The notes: a model not told the origin generated them from the letters alone. Shown: positions 13,902-25,143, numbered from the stretch's first letter. The stretch: 64,000 bases of DNA from an uncultured Phycisphaerales bacterium (GCA_963844715.1 CAWJPJ010000006.1:352001-416000); one strand, 5' to 3'. Translations and numbers: made by a program.

Positions 13902-15276
13902 CAGGACGCTGAAAAACCCTCTTGACGAATGTTCTCGGTGGCGCTGAACTGTGTGACACCCAGACACGGAGGTCATTCATGCGAGGCAAGGCCGATCCCC
14001 AATCCATTTTGTTCATCGCGGCCATCGATCTGGAACAACGCGTCCGTCCTGATCATCCGCTGCGGGCCGTGAAGCGCATGGTCGATGAAGACTTGAAGGC
14101 CATGAGTCGGCGTTTTGATGCCGCCTACGCGGCCGAAGGCCGGCCCAGCGTGCCGCCGGAGCGGCTGATCAAGGCGTTGCTTTTGCAATCGATCTATTCG
14201 ATTCGCTCCGAGGCGCAGCTCGTGGAACGGATTGATCACGACCTGCTGTTCCGTTGGTTTTTGGACCTGCGGATCGACGAAGAGGTATTCGACGCCACCG
14301 TCTTCTCGCACAATCGCGGGCGGCTGGAAGAGCACGGGCTGATCGGCGCGTTTTTCGACGGCACGGTGCGTCGGGCCATCGCCGCGGGACTGGTCAGCCC
14401 CGACCACTTCTCGGTGGATGGCTCGCTGATCGAGGCGTATGCGTCGATCAAGAGCTTCAAACCCAGGGATGAAAAGGACAAAAAAGACAATGATGCGGGA
14501 GATAACAACGGTTTTAAGGGCCGCAACGCCGAGGTGGACTTCCACGGCCAGAAGCGGTCCAACGACACCCACGAATCAACCACCGATTCCGACGCGAAGC
14601 TGGTCCGCAAGAGCGACGGCAAGCCGGCGTTGCTCAGCCATGCGCTGCACGCGATCGTGGAGAACCGCCACGGGCTGGTGCTGGCGGTGGAAGTCAACTC
14701 GCCGCTGGAGAACAGCGAGCCGGTCACCGCGTTGTCGCTGATCGATCGGGTCAAGAAACGTTTTGGGCTCAAACCCAAGACGGTTGGGGCCGACAAGGGG
14801 TACGACCAGGGTCCGCTGTTGCGTGGGCTGGAGCGAAGAAGAATCCGTCCGCACGTGGCGGTGAAGGAGGGCAAGATCGGCGGCGACACCGCCGCCTATC
14901 GCTGGAAGAACCGAGCCAACATCGCGGCCCGCCAGCGGATGCGTCGGCGCGCCAAGACCCTCGGTTACGCCATCAGCCAGCGTTGCCGCAAGAAGATCGA
15001 GGAATGGATCGGCTGGGCCAAGACGATCGGCGGCCTGTATCGCACCCGGTTGATCGGACATTCAAAAACCGGCCAGCAGGCCCACCTGGCCGGGGCGGCG
15101 TTCAATCTGATCCGGATGCGCAACCTGAGTACCGTGTGAAACTCAACCTGGGCATGCAATCCGCCAACGAACTCGAACGAACTGAAGCCCTTGGAACGAT
15201 CCGAGATGGAACCCGCCATTGAAAAGCGGCCAACAGACAGGAAAATGCGCCAACTCCCGAGTTTTTCAGCGTCCTG
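13902..15276 (+). mobile_element. IS5-family insertion sequence with CTAG target duplication
   Basis: Perfect 16-bp TIR caggacgctgaaaaac / gtttttcagcgtcctg; CTAG at 13898-13901 and 15277-15280. Confidence 0.92.
13979..15139 (+). CDS. IS5-family DDE transposase
   Basis: GRPSVPPERL, LLFRWF, SVDGSLI, ADKGYD, RKKIEE motifs. Confidence 0.92.
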   Translation: MRGKADPQSILFIAAIDLEQRVRPDHPLRAVKRMVDEDLKAMSRRFDAAYAAEGRPSVPPERLIKALLLQSIYSIRSEAQLVERIDHDLLFRWFLDLRIDEEVFDATVFSHNRGRLEEHGLIGAFFDGTVRRAIAAGLVSPDHFSVDGSLIEAYASIKSFKPRDEKDKKDNDAGDNNGFKGRNAEVDFHGQKRSNDTHESTTDSDAKLVRKSDGKPALLSHALHAIVENRHGLVLAVEVNSPLENSEPVTALSLIDRVKKRFGLKPKTVGADKGYDQGPLLRGLERRRIRPHVAVKEGKIGGDTAAYRWKNRANIAARQRMRRRAKTLGYAISQRCRKKIEEWIGWAKTIGGLYRTRLIGHSKTGQQAHLAGAAFNLIRMRNLSTV

Positions 15277-15612
15277 CTAGCTTGATGTGCCGGAGCGGAG
15301 GTCGAAAATCATCCGCCACAGTAGATCGACTTCGCCTTTGGCGATGAGATCGGCGGGTGCGTCGCCGTCGAAGGCGTCATTCGGCTCAGTCAGCCAATGC
15401 CCGATCGCATGTGGACGCACGATCTTGGTTAAGTTGCGTTGCAGGCGGTCCAGCTCCGTCACGCGGCGGCGAATCGCTTCGGACAACGGTCGTCCTCCCT
15501 CCAGATCGATAATTGTGCGCTCGGTCACGCCGAGGATGCGGGCCATTACCTTCTGCGTCACATGCAGTTTTTGCCGAAGAGCATCGATTCGATTGGCGGT
15601 TGCGACAGCTAT
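15277..15612 (-). CDS. Xre/MbcA/ParS-type antitoxin (HTH plus C-terminal toxin-binding domain)
   Basis: TQKVMARILGVTERTI HTH; WLTEPNDAFDGDAPADLI motif; in-frame ATA at 15612 after GAGG, alternative GTG at 15561. Confidence 0.75.
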   Translation of the reverse strand: MAVATANRIDALRQKLHVTQKVMARILGVTERTIIDLEGGRPLSEAIRRRVTELDRLQRNLTKIVRPHAIGHWLTEPNDAFDGDAPADLIAKGEVDLLWRMIFDLRSGTSS

Positions 15613-15632
15613 TGGATTACCTCGCTTTAAGT

Positions 15633-15661
15633 ATTCTCGGGCGGCGCGGAGGCAAAGTCAA
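15633..15661 (-). promoter_or_regulatory. Putative sigma70 promoter of the antitoxin gene
   Basis: TTGACT-N17-GAGAAT followed by SD GAGG. Confidence 0.45.
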
Positions 15662-15718
15662 ATTATTTCAGGAAATATTTCATGTTGGCTCTATGGCCCA
15701 TTGTCGGCTATTCCGGGG

Positions 15719-16302
15719 TCATCCGAGCTTATGAATATTGCGGATCGTCGCACTTGACGCGCCTCGCAGGTTGCCGGGAAACCAGGCGAGGTTTTTCCCG
15801 CCGTCGCGGGCCGGTGCGATCAAACCCTCCAGCCCGCCTTCATAGACGGCCCGCCCAATCGCCTGGGTAAGGGATTCCGCGCCCGACGATTCAGCGCCCG
15901 CCAATCGTCGCCGCGCATGCGCGTGGCGGAAACTGCCAGTGCTTTGCGGACCATGCCATCGGTGAGATCGAGGACCTTGGCGAGTTTGACATCCACGGCG
16001 ACAATCGTGCGCGGCCATGCGTCGGCCGGGTCCAGACCATAGTAAAGGTAATTTGCCTTGCTCTCCGCCAGGGCGGTGGCATCCGACAAGGCGGCGTACA
16101 CCGTCGCAAAGGAAGACGGGGGATTCCAGCGGCCGCCGTTTTTCCGACTGCCCTCGCCGGTCAACAAATCGTTCTCCGTTGCATAGGTCGGTTCGACACA
16201 TCTAAAAACTACCTGGCGCAGAGAGCCGGCCCGCGCGATGATCGTCGCCAGGCGACGGAGAAAATGCTGAAAATCGGGATGCGTGCTGAGTGCTCGGGCC
16301 AT
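15719..16302 (-). CDS. RES-domain toxin (NAD+ phosphorylase / ADP-ribosyltransferase family; frameshift at ~15880)
   Basis: VFRC, GGRWNPP, YAALSDATALAE, VLDLTD, then TQAIGRAVYEGGLEGLIAPA. Confidence 0.8.
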
Positions 16303-16304
16303 AG

Positions 16305-18315
16305 CTATTTCGCCGCGGGGGAGTGATTCCAGACGGCCACATCGGCGGGGCCGAGATTTCGGGAGCCGATGAGGAATTTCGCGGACTTGGGGGCGGGGAC
16401 TTGGACCGGTTTGTCCTGGTAGTTCAGGGCGATCGTGTAGGCCCCCCGCCGGAGGAGTTGTACGCGCGGGGGGAGGGGCGTGGTTTGCAGGCGGGGTTTT
16501 CCGATGAATTTGGCGAGGGTTGCTACGAACGCGTCGATCAGGGGCTGGTCGCTATAGACGCCGAAGTAGTGGACGGAGCCGTGCTTGGTTTTTCGGCGGG
16601 TGATGGCGGGTGCGCCGGCGTAGAACTGGTTGGCGTATTTGGCGAGGACCTGGGTGCCTTTGTGGGGTGTTACCTGGTCGGCCCAGACGTTCCAGGCGTA
16701 ATTCTTGGCGTTCATTTTGATTTGGCCGGTGACGTTTTCCGGAAGGCCGTCGTAGGAGGCGATGCTGGCGCCGATGAGGGGGACGATGGGGGCGGCTAAT
16801 TGGTCTTCCCAAAGTTGGCCAGTGCGATCCATCAGGGCTGTTCGGCAGGTTAGGACCAGGTGGCCGCCGACTTGGACGTAGGTGTGGAATTGGCCGATGA
16901 CGGTTTCATCGACCATTTGCAATCCCGGCGCGACGATCAGGGGGAGATCGGTTGGCCAGACTGCGCCGGGGCGGAGGATTTTGATTCTCACGCCCAGGCG
17001 CGAAAGAGCCGCGTACCACATTTGCAGCCAGCGGCCCTGGTGCCAGCGTTTGGCCTGGGGCATGGATTCGTAGTACCAGAGCTGGTCGAAATCGAAGACG
17101 AGGCCTACGGTGTGCTTGGGGTCATACGGCTCATCCGCCCAATCGGGGATTCTGGCGGGGTCAAGTTGTTTGATTTCGTCAATGACCTGTTGGAATTGTT
17201 TGCCGCCTTCGGAGGGGGTGATGCCGTCGGGGAGGACCAGGGCGTGGTGGAAGAGTTCGATGCCGAAGCGAGGTTGGCGGAAGCGATAGGTGGTGACGAA
17301 TTCTGCGCCGTGAGCGAAGGCGGTCCAGAGCCAGAGTCGGACGGCGCCGGGGTAGAGCCGGGCGGGGACGCCGGACCAGTTGGTTTGGCCTAGTTGGACT
17401 TCGAGCATGGCCCAGCGATTTTTGTAGGAGGCCATCTGGTCGTGCATGAGGCCCAGGACCGCGGGGTCGGCGATTCGGTAGGTTTGATCTTTTGCGCCTT
17501 TTTCCCAACCCGTGACGGGGTAGCTGTCCCAGGACATGAGGGTGAGATCGGGGGCCATGTCGCCGGGGTCGCAATCCAGATGCAGGGGCATGAAATTTGT
17601 GGTCAGGAATCGATCGCCGATTTTGGGTTTTAGGATATCGGCCTGCATTTTGTTAAACTGTGCGAAAGCCCAGGACCAGAATCTCGAGGCGTCGAGATGC
17701 TGGTGGGGGTTGGCGTATTGGGGATCGCGATTGGGGGGGAAGAGGATTTGGTCGAAATCGGTGTAGTAGGTGTTCCAGAACTGGTTGCCCCAGGCGCGGT
17801 TGAGCACGGTGATGTTGCCATATTTGTTGCGGAGCCAATCGCGGAAAGCTTTGTGGGTGGTTTCGGATTGGTCGAAGAATTGGCTGTATTCGTTGTCGAT
17901 TTGCCAGCCTATGACGGAGGGGTGGTGGCCGAAGTGATCGGCCATGGCGGTAACGATTTTCCAGGTGGCTTCCTGGAATGTTTGCGACAGGGGGTTGTAG
18001 TGTCGGCGGCCGCCGAAGCGGGAGCGCGTGCCGTTGGCGTGGATGGGAAGGGTGTCGGGGGAGGAGTCGCTGAGCCAGATGGGGGGCGCGGCGGTGGGCG
18101 TGCAGAGGATGACTTTCAGGTTTCGGCGGGCGGACATTTCGAGGCATTCGTCGAGCCAATCGAATTGAAATATCGCGGGGCTGGGTTCGAGGGCGAACCA
18201 GGCGAACTCGGCCATGTGAACTATTTGTAGGCCGAGGGCGGCGATGTGATCGAAATCGCGCGTCCCACTGCGGGCGGGGCCATTGCTCGGGATAGTAGTA
18301 GGTGCCGATGCGCAT
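16305..18315 (-). CDS. Beta-galactosidase, GH42 (frameshift near start)
   Basis: MRIGTYYYPEQW, MAEFAW, TPTAAPP.W, WQIDNE, WDSYP, C-terminal trimerisation-like domain. Confidence 0.88.
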
Positions 18316-20617
18316 CAGGCTTCCACGGGGATGGGTGTGGCGGCGAGCCAGGCTTTCCAGGCGATGCGGATCTGGGCTTCGATGTTCCAGGCGAGACGGC
18401 GGCCGTGCATGAGGGGGGATTCGGTCATCCACTCGCGGAAGGATTCGCGGATTTCGGCGAGGGCATCCAGGTCCTGGACGAGATCGGCGACGAGCTGGGC
18501 GTAATGCTCTTCCGATGTGGCAGCGAGTTCGGGCAATTTCAGATTCGTGAGCAGACTGAGTCCAATGCGGCTGGCGTGAATTTGACCGGCCAGTGTGATG
18601 ACAGGGACGCCCATCCACATGGCCTCGCAGCTCGTCGTCAATCCGTTATAAGGGAAGGTGTCGAGGGCGATGTCCATTTCTGCGTAGGCGCTGAGGTGCT
18701 CCTTAAGGGTTGCCGATTTGCCGCGAAGATCGATGCGGGAGGCGTCGATGCCGGCGGAGGTGAAGCGGCGCAGGAAGGCCGTGCGGGTCTCGGGGTCGGA
18801 GAGGCCGACGTTTTTGATGAGCAAGCGGCTGTTGGGGTGGGCCTGGAGAATCCGAGTCCATAAGTCGGTTACTTTTTCGTTTATTTTGGCCAGGCTGTTG
18901 AATGAACCGAAGGTGATAAAGCCGTTGGTTTTTGCGGGGAGCGCGGAAATATCCGGGGCGTCGGCCGGGGGGCGATAGCAGACGAAGCTTTTGGGGACTC
19001 GGAGGAGTTTTTCGCTGTAATAGTTCTCCGTCATGCCTGGGGGATCGGCGGTGATGTCCGTGAGGCAGTAGTCCATGGCGGAGAGGCCCGTGGTATCGGG
19101 ATAGCCGAGGTAGGTGATTTGAATGGGAGCGGGCTTTCGGGCGAAGACGAGAAGGCGATTGCCGGGGGTGTGGCCGGCGAGATCGACGAGGATGTCGATC
19201 TTGTCGGCGCGGATCATGTCGGAGAGTTTCTGATCGCTGATCCCGGAGGTGTTGCGCCACTGGTGGAAAAGCTTTTGCAATCGCGCGGTGGTCGCGTCGG
19301 TCCTTAGGAGATCAGCGTAGGCGATGGTTTCGACCTGGCTTGGATCGTGGCCGGCGAGGAGGCTTTCCATGAAGATGCCGACGGCGTGGTGTCGGAAGTT
19401 GGCTGAGACAAAGGCGACGCGCAGGCGGCGGTTGGGATCGCGGTCGAGATCGTGAGGGAGGATTTCGTAATTGAGGGGCTGGGCGTGCTTTTGATTCCAA
19501 TCGACGTGTTCGTGGAAGACGACGGCGGGACTGGTATCGTTGACGTAATGCAAGGCGTTGAGGCGGCAGCTATAGGGAAGCGGGTCGGTCGGGCGGGCGT
19601 CGATGGCTTCGTTGAATAAGGCGAGGGCATCCTGGACGCGGCCGAGCTTTAGCTGGAGATTTCCCAGCTCGCACATGACTTCGATGAAATCTTGCTGCAG
19701 CTTGATGGCGCGGGCATAGGCGACGGCGGCATCCGCGAGGTCGCCGCGGGCTTCGTGGGTTTGAGCCAGGCCGCGGAAGACCCAGGCGGTGCCGGGGCGG
19801 CGGGCGAGATTGCGCTGGTAGACGCCGATGGATTCGTCCAGTTCGCCGGCGCCGCGGAGGGCGCTGGCGAGCAAGACCTCGAGGTCCATGTCCTGATTGT
19901 GGAGATAGAGGGCGCGGCGGAACATGGCGATGGACTCGGTCCATTGGCCGCGTTCGCTGAGAAAGATGGCGAGATTTCGGCAGGCGTCGCGATAGGCGGG
20001 TTCCATGGCGACGGCGCGGCGGAGCCAGGCGATGGCGTCGTCGATCTGGCCGAGTTTTCTGAGGGTGTTGCCGAGATTTGCGGCGGCGGGCGCGAAATCA
20101 GGACGGACGGCCAAAGACTGATGATAAGTCGCGACGGCTTCTTCGAGTTTGCCTTCGATCATGAGGACGTTGGCGAGGTTGTTGAGAGCCTCGTAATAGT
20201 TGGGGCGGATGGAGATGGCCCTGCGATAGGCCTCGATGGCTTCGGGGATTTTCGCCGGCCGCATTGAGCGGCGCCGAGGTTATATAAGGCCTCGGGAAAA
20301 TCGGGTTTGAGGGCAAGGGCTTTATCGAGGGATTCCATCGCCTCCTGATACCGCATGAGATGGATCTGTACGGAGGCGAGATTGGAATAGTATTCGGGTT
20401 TGTCGGGCTGGAGAGCGATGGCTCGGCGGATGAGTTCCATGCCGGCTTCGTGCTTGCCGGTTTCGTGGATCATGTAGCCGAGGAGATGGGCGGCTTCTGC
20501 GCTGCCGGGCCGCATGGCAAGGTAGCGGCGATAGAGGGGCTCTGCCTCGGCGTATCGTGCGGCCCTGTGGTGTTCTTTGGCCGTTTCCAGCAACTGATCG
20601 ATCGACGACTCTGCCAT
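18315..20617 (-). CDS. TPR-containing O-GlcNAc transferase-like protein, GT41/SPINDLY family (frameshift at ~20265)
   Basis: TPRs; RLRVAFVSANFRHHAV, IDILVDLAGHT, YLGYPDTTG, TFGSFN, DTFPYNGLTT, MGVPVITL. Confidence 0.88.
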
Positions 20618-20781
20618 GAACCAGCAAATCCCTTCTAAAAGTCCCGTTCTGGGACCCGATTATTCCCATTAGTCGGCAAGAACGCTATAGCCGCTGCAAA
20701 AGCTGTTGGGCAACGGACATAAGGGCCTGGAAGAGATTAAGTCACCACCCTCGCGGGTCGAAGTGCGGGGTGGAGGACCGT

Positions 20782-21147
20782 ATGTCGTCTCTTTCAAGCG
20801 CGATGGGCATTGCTGCAAGCGGGATGAACGCGGCACAGACGATGCTGGGGATCGCGAGCAATAATATTGCCAACGCGAATACCCCGGACTTTATGGCGGA
20901 GGCGGCCGATTTGCAGCCGCTGCCCAGCGGCGGCGTGGGCGTGGTCGATGATCTTTCGTTTAGCGACGTGGCGGGGACGGATGGGGAATCGAACTTGGTG
21001 CTTTCGAATGAATACAAAGCGCTGGCCAATTCCCGGACGCTGTACGACGCCAACGCGGCGGTGATCAGCATTACCGATCAGATGTATGGGAATTTGCTGG
21101 ATGTGGTGAGTAATGCGACGAGTGATTCGGATGAGGATAATTCGTAG
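20782..21147 (+). CDS. Short flagellar basal-body rod protein-like (FlgB/FlgC-type N- and C-terminal motifs)
   Basis: IAASGM...SNNIANANTPDF; YDANAAVI..DQMYGNLLDV; GGAGG SD. Confidence 0.7.
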   Translation: MSSLSSAMGIAASGMNAAQTMLGIASNNIANANTPDFMAEAADLQPLPSGGVGVVDDLSFSDVAGTDGESNLVLSNEYKALANSRTLYDANAAVISITDQMYGNLLDVVSNATSDSDEDNS

Positions 21148-21149
21148 GA

Positions 21150-21395
21150 AATAGTTGCGAGTTGCCAGTTGCGGGTTGCCAGTAAGAGGTTAAACCGCCA
21201 AGACGCGGAGGACGCCAAGAAAACTGGTTGACCGCGGATTTCGCGGATGCGCGGATAAGAATTCAATTCTAGTTGAGACAAAGATACCAAGAGACTTAAA
21301 GACGCAGAGAGTCCGAAGCAGTGGTCTTCTCTGCATCCGTGTGCATCCGCGAAATCCGCGGTTTAAATCATGGGTTGCCAGTTGCGAGTTGGGAG
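21150..21395. repeat. Intergenic REP-like inverted repeat flanked by 7-bp AGTTGC(C/G) tandem units
   Basis: accgcggatttcgcggatgc (from 21231) pairs with gcatccgcgaaatccgcggt (to 21362); located between convergent genes. Confidence 0.65.
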
Positions 21396-21437
21396 TGGGA
21401 TGTTCGATGCCTGAGGGTTTTGTCGACTAAGATTCGG

Positions 21438-22088
21438 TCAGTTCGGGGATGAGTTGTTGCGCAGGTCTTCGAACATGGTTCGTAATTTTTCGTCAATGGT
21501 TGCGATGATCTCGTGGGAGTCCATTTCTGAGAGGTTCATTGGGGGGCCGAATTTTACTCTTACGGGTCGGCGGCGGGGCCAGCGGCGGTGAATGGGCCAG
21601 GCTTCGAATGAGCCTACGATGACGGCGGGGACGACGGGGACGTTGGTGCGGTGAACGATCAGGGCGACGCCTTTTTGCAGGGGTGCGATTCGGCCGTCCT
21701 CGGTGCGCGAACCTTCGGGAAACATGTTGAGAAGATGGCCTTGCTGGAGGCGATGGATGGTCTCCTTGACGGCCCCGATGTCGCCGGCGCCCTGGCGGAC
21801 TGGAAAAGCGTTGAGTAAATGAAGCAGCCAGGACGACCAGGGGCCCTGGAAGAGTTCTGACTTGGCAATGTAACTGATGGGGCGATCGAGCCAGACGGCA
21901 ATCACGACGGGGTCGAGATTGCCCTGGTGATTGGAGACGATGAGGACGCCGCCGTGGGCGGGGATGTTTCGGCGTCCAAAGACTTTCAGATCGAAGAGAA
22001 TCGTGGTCAGAATTCGGGCGATGATCTGGAGGAATTTCCAGGTGAACGATCGTTCTTTGGAATTGTTGTTCACTGAGTGATTATTCAC
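21438..22088 (-). CDS. Lysophospholipid acyltransferase (PlsC family)
   Basis: SNHQGNLD (HX4D), AKSELF, FPEGSRT, VVPA. Confidence 0.9.
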   Translation of the reverse strand: MNNHSVNNNSKERSFTWKFLQIIARILTTILFDLKVFGRRNIPAHGGVLIVSNHQGNLDPVVIAVWLDRPISYIAKSELFQGPWSSWLLHLLNAFPVRQGAGDIGAVKETIHRLQQGHLLNMFPEGSRTEDGRIAPLQKGVALIVHRTNVPVVPAVIVGSFEAWPIHRRWPRRRPVRVKFGPPMNLSEMDSHEIIATIDEKLRTMFEDLRNNSSPN

Positions 22089-23829
22089 GGGGCGATCATC
22101 CGCCTTGCCACGAAATCCCAGTCGGTGGCGGAGGTCTGTGGGACGATGCTTGTCCGCCGCACGAAAAGCTGGACTGCGGGGCCATCGAACTGGCCGGTCG
22201 AGGCGAGGGCCATTGCGGTGCAGGTCAGGTCATTGATGAGCAGATGAAAGATCGTCGAGACCAGTTGCGCCGGGACGGCAAAGTATGCCGCGTTTTCGGC
22301 GATCAGTTGAGCATAAGCGATCGTGGCCAGGCATTTTCCCAGGGCGAGATTAGCTTGAATGTTTTTCTCAGCGCCACACTCGGGCAGACTTGAGAGGAGT
22401 AGTTGAAAAGCCTTTGCCTGTTTGGCGAAGAGTCGGACGTTGGGGATGGCGGTCAGAGGCTTGTATGAAATCAGGTAGTGCGAGAATGGGATGGTATTCA
22501 GGCCGCCGGTGCGGGCTTCAAAAGAGGTATGGATTTCCCGGCGGCGTCTCTGGGGAGGCGGCGAGCGAACTTGGAATTGGCAACTCGGCGGCAGCGCGAT
22601 CGAAATATTGTGGGATGAATTGGGCCGTCAGGGTGAGGTTGATGTGAGTGCTGCCTTCGAGGCCCGGGAAAAGCTGCACATCCCGCAGGGCCATTTCGAA
22701 ATAAGTGTCGGCCTCGAAACCCTTGGCGCCGATGCATTCTGACAGCTGGGAGACGACCTTGACGCCTTCGGTGCTGACTTTGGCCTTCTGGACGGCGCAA
22801 TAAAGAAGATAGCGGCGGTCCGCGGCGCGGGCAGCTTGCAGGTAGTCGAGGGCGCGGTAGGCATAGAGCTTCATTGCCGTCAAGCGGGCGTAGGCTTGGG
22901 CCATCGCGAATTGGAGATGAGGCATGGTGATGGCCGGCTTGCCGTACAAAATCCGGTGATTCAGGTGTGTGCCAGCTTCGGCGAGGGCGTGCTCACAGAT
23001 TCCGAGCGAGCCGAAGGGGAGAAAGAACTTGCCGAGGGTGATGGCGCCGAAGATTGCGTCCCAGGCATCGCGTCCAGCGGCGATCACGTCGCTTTGGGGG
23101 AATTCATGTTCTTTGACCTCGAACTCGCCGACGAAAGCGCTGCGCACGCCCAGGGTGCGGATTTTCTGGCGGCGCGGAATCCTTTGGATTCCTTGGGGCG
23201 CAGGGCGAACAGGATGGGAATGCGCGGCGAGAAGAAGCACCCGTTGAACGCTTATCCTGTTTGCTGGCGAGGATTGTGATGAACGATGCGGCGTTGGCGT
23301 TGCCGATGTAGTACTTGCTGCCTTGCCCTACCAATCGGCCCGAGGCCAACTCGCGCACGGTGAATCCGTTGGCGAGGAGATCGGAGCCGTGGTCTTTCTC
23401 GGAGACTGCAAATGCCAACAGGCCGCCCTTCTCGAGGACGGCCAACGCTTCTTGTTTCAGTGCGGGGTTGTTGCCGAGGAGGACGGCGAAGAGGCCCAGC
23501 GATGTGACTTGAAGGCTGTAGCCGTGGGCGGGACTGAAATAGCCGAAGACTTCGAGGAAGCGGGAATAGGTTAGGACATCCAATGCGAAGCCGCGGTCTG
23601 GGGATTGCGCCGGCGCGAGGACTGAGGAATAGAGCCGGTGTGATGCCTGGAACTCGAGCCAATCTCCATACCATTGCTGGCGTTCATCCTCCGTCTTTAG
23701 GGGTTCAACGCCTTTTGCTTCAAAAAAATCCGCGAGCTTCTGAGTGGACGGATTATCGAGATAGACCCGCGATTCAGCGGACTGAGGCGCCGTCGAAAAT
23801 GTTTGGGGGTAGATCCAATCAGATGGCAT
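22085..23829 (-). CDS. Acyl-CoA dehydrogenase family protein (several frameshifts)
   Basis: FAVSEKDHGSDL, GSKYYIGNA, RILYGKP, CIGAKGFEADTYFE..RD, EGSTHINL; stop overlaps the PlsC start (GTGA). Confidence 0.78.
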
Positions 23830-23946
23830 ACGGCGGCCCCAATTGGCGACCTTTGAGCCGGGTTCCAGAGCAGCTTCATCTGTTCAACTTGACCGGCTGG
23901 CCCAGCCGCCGTAGCCAGCGAATATTCAACATACGAGTTATTTGGA

Positions 23947-24237
23947 TTAGTAGGAACGGCGAATCGTGGGCCGTTCGTGCGGGGCACGTGCGCGGACGAG
24001 GTGCCATATCGTCGTCGCGGCCAGGGCAGCGAGGACGGCGAAGAGAAGACTCCACAGATTGAAATGCGTCACGGGCGAACCGCTGACGAGGCTATAGAGC
24101 CAGCCGCCGATGAAGCCGCCGGTGCCGCCTACAGCGATGCTAAGGCGCGGGTCGTCGCCGTGAAGGTTGACGATCCTGGTGGCGATGAAAGCGAGAACGA
24201 TGCCGCAGATAATCCAACCGAAGACGCCGATCAACAT
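23947..24237 (-). CDS. GlsB/YeaQ/YmgE family membrane protein
   Basis: Small 3-TM protein: WIICGIVLAFIA...IAVG..GGFIGG...SLLFAVLAA. Confidence 0.75.
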   Translation of the reverse strand: MLIGVFGWIICGIVLAFIATRIVNLHGDDPRLSIAVGGTGGFIGGWLYSLVSGSPVTHFNLWSLLFAVLAALAATTIWHLVRARAPHERPTIRRSY

Positions 24238-24506
24238 AAGTCTCCTGTGAAAAGGTGGTCGAGTTGCCGGAAGGCGCGTACGGCTCGTGGCGCTTTGGTA
24301 GCCGGGAGCAGCAGCGCATTTCGTATATTGGCGATCGCCAGCAGCCTCTGGCACGCAGGTGGGAGAAAGGCGAGGGAGGCGGGAGCGGTTACGGGTGGCA
24401 ACCCTGGGCCGTGGCTCGGTCGTCGTCAGCCGGGTGAATCGTAGAGTGTTTGGGGGGAATAGATAGCTAAAAATGGGCGGTGGATGGGTTCTGTGGCTGA
24501 CGGACG

Positions 24507-24548
24507 GGGAAAGTGGATCGCGGTGCTGCGCACCGCCGCTAAATGGGG
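24507..24548. repeat. Solo copy of the terminal hairpin motif of the ~400 bp repeat
   Basis: gggaaagtggatcgcggtgctgcgcaccgccgctaaatgggg, nearly identical to ~12027-12068. Confidence 0.7.
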
Positions 24549-24584
24549 AGACAATCGAAATTCAGCCTCTAATCGATATTGAGA

Positions 24585-25143
24585 TCAGGAATTCACGCGG
24601 GCATAAACGCAGGTATCGCGAACGGATTTGTCGGGGGCGAGGCACTGGTTCCGCAAAATTCCCTCCAACTGAAATCCGAGCCGTTCGGGGACGGCGCGGC
24701 TCTTTTGGTTTCTGGATTCCATGCGGATTTCGACACGCTTCACCGGGACGATTTGTTTCATTGCGTCCATTAGGGCCCCTACCGCTTCGGTCATGAAGCC
24801 TTGGCCATGGTGGCTGGTGCGCAGCCAATAGCCGATTTCGTATTTGGCGATTTCCCAGTTGAATTTGAAGGCGCTGACGTTGCCTAAGTATTGGGATTCG
24901 TCTTTTAGGAAGATGAGATAGACGAGTTCCTCGCGATTGATGAATTTTACGGCGGCCTTGCGATACCACTCCTCGGCGTTGTCTGGGCTGTAATCGTCGG
25001 TTGCCCAGAGCATCCAGGGTTGTAAGCCCTTCAATGATTCGCGGACTACGGGATGTGCGATTGCGCCATCGCCTTGTGCGGGGGCGCATGAACAAACGGG
25101 GTGTGGATAGGCTTTCGGGGATGTTCAGTAAGATTGGGTTCAT
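24585..25143 (-). CDS. RimJ/RimL-type GNAT acetyltransferase (frameshifted)
   Basis: STPRLFMRP, EIGYWL...GQGFMTEAV, N.KSRAVPERLGF. Confidence 0.82.
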
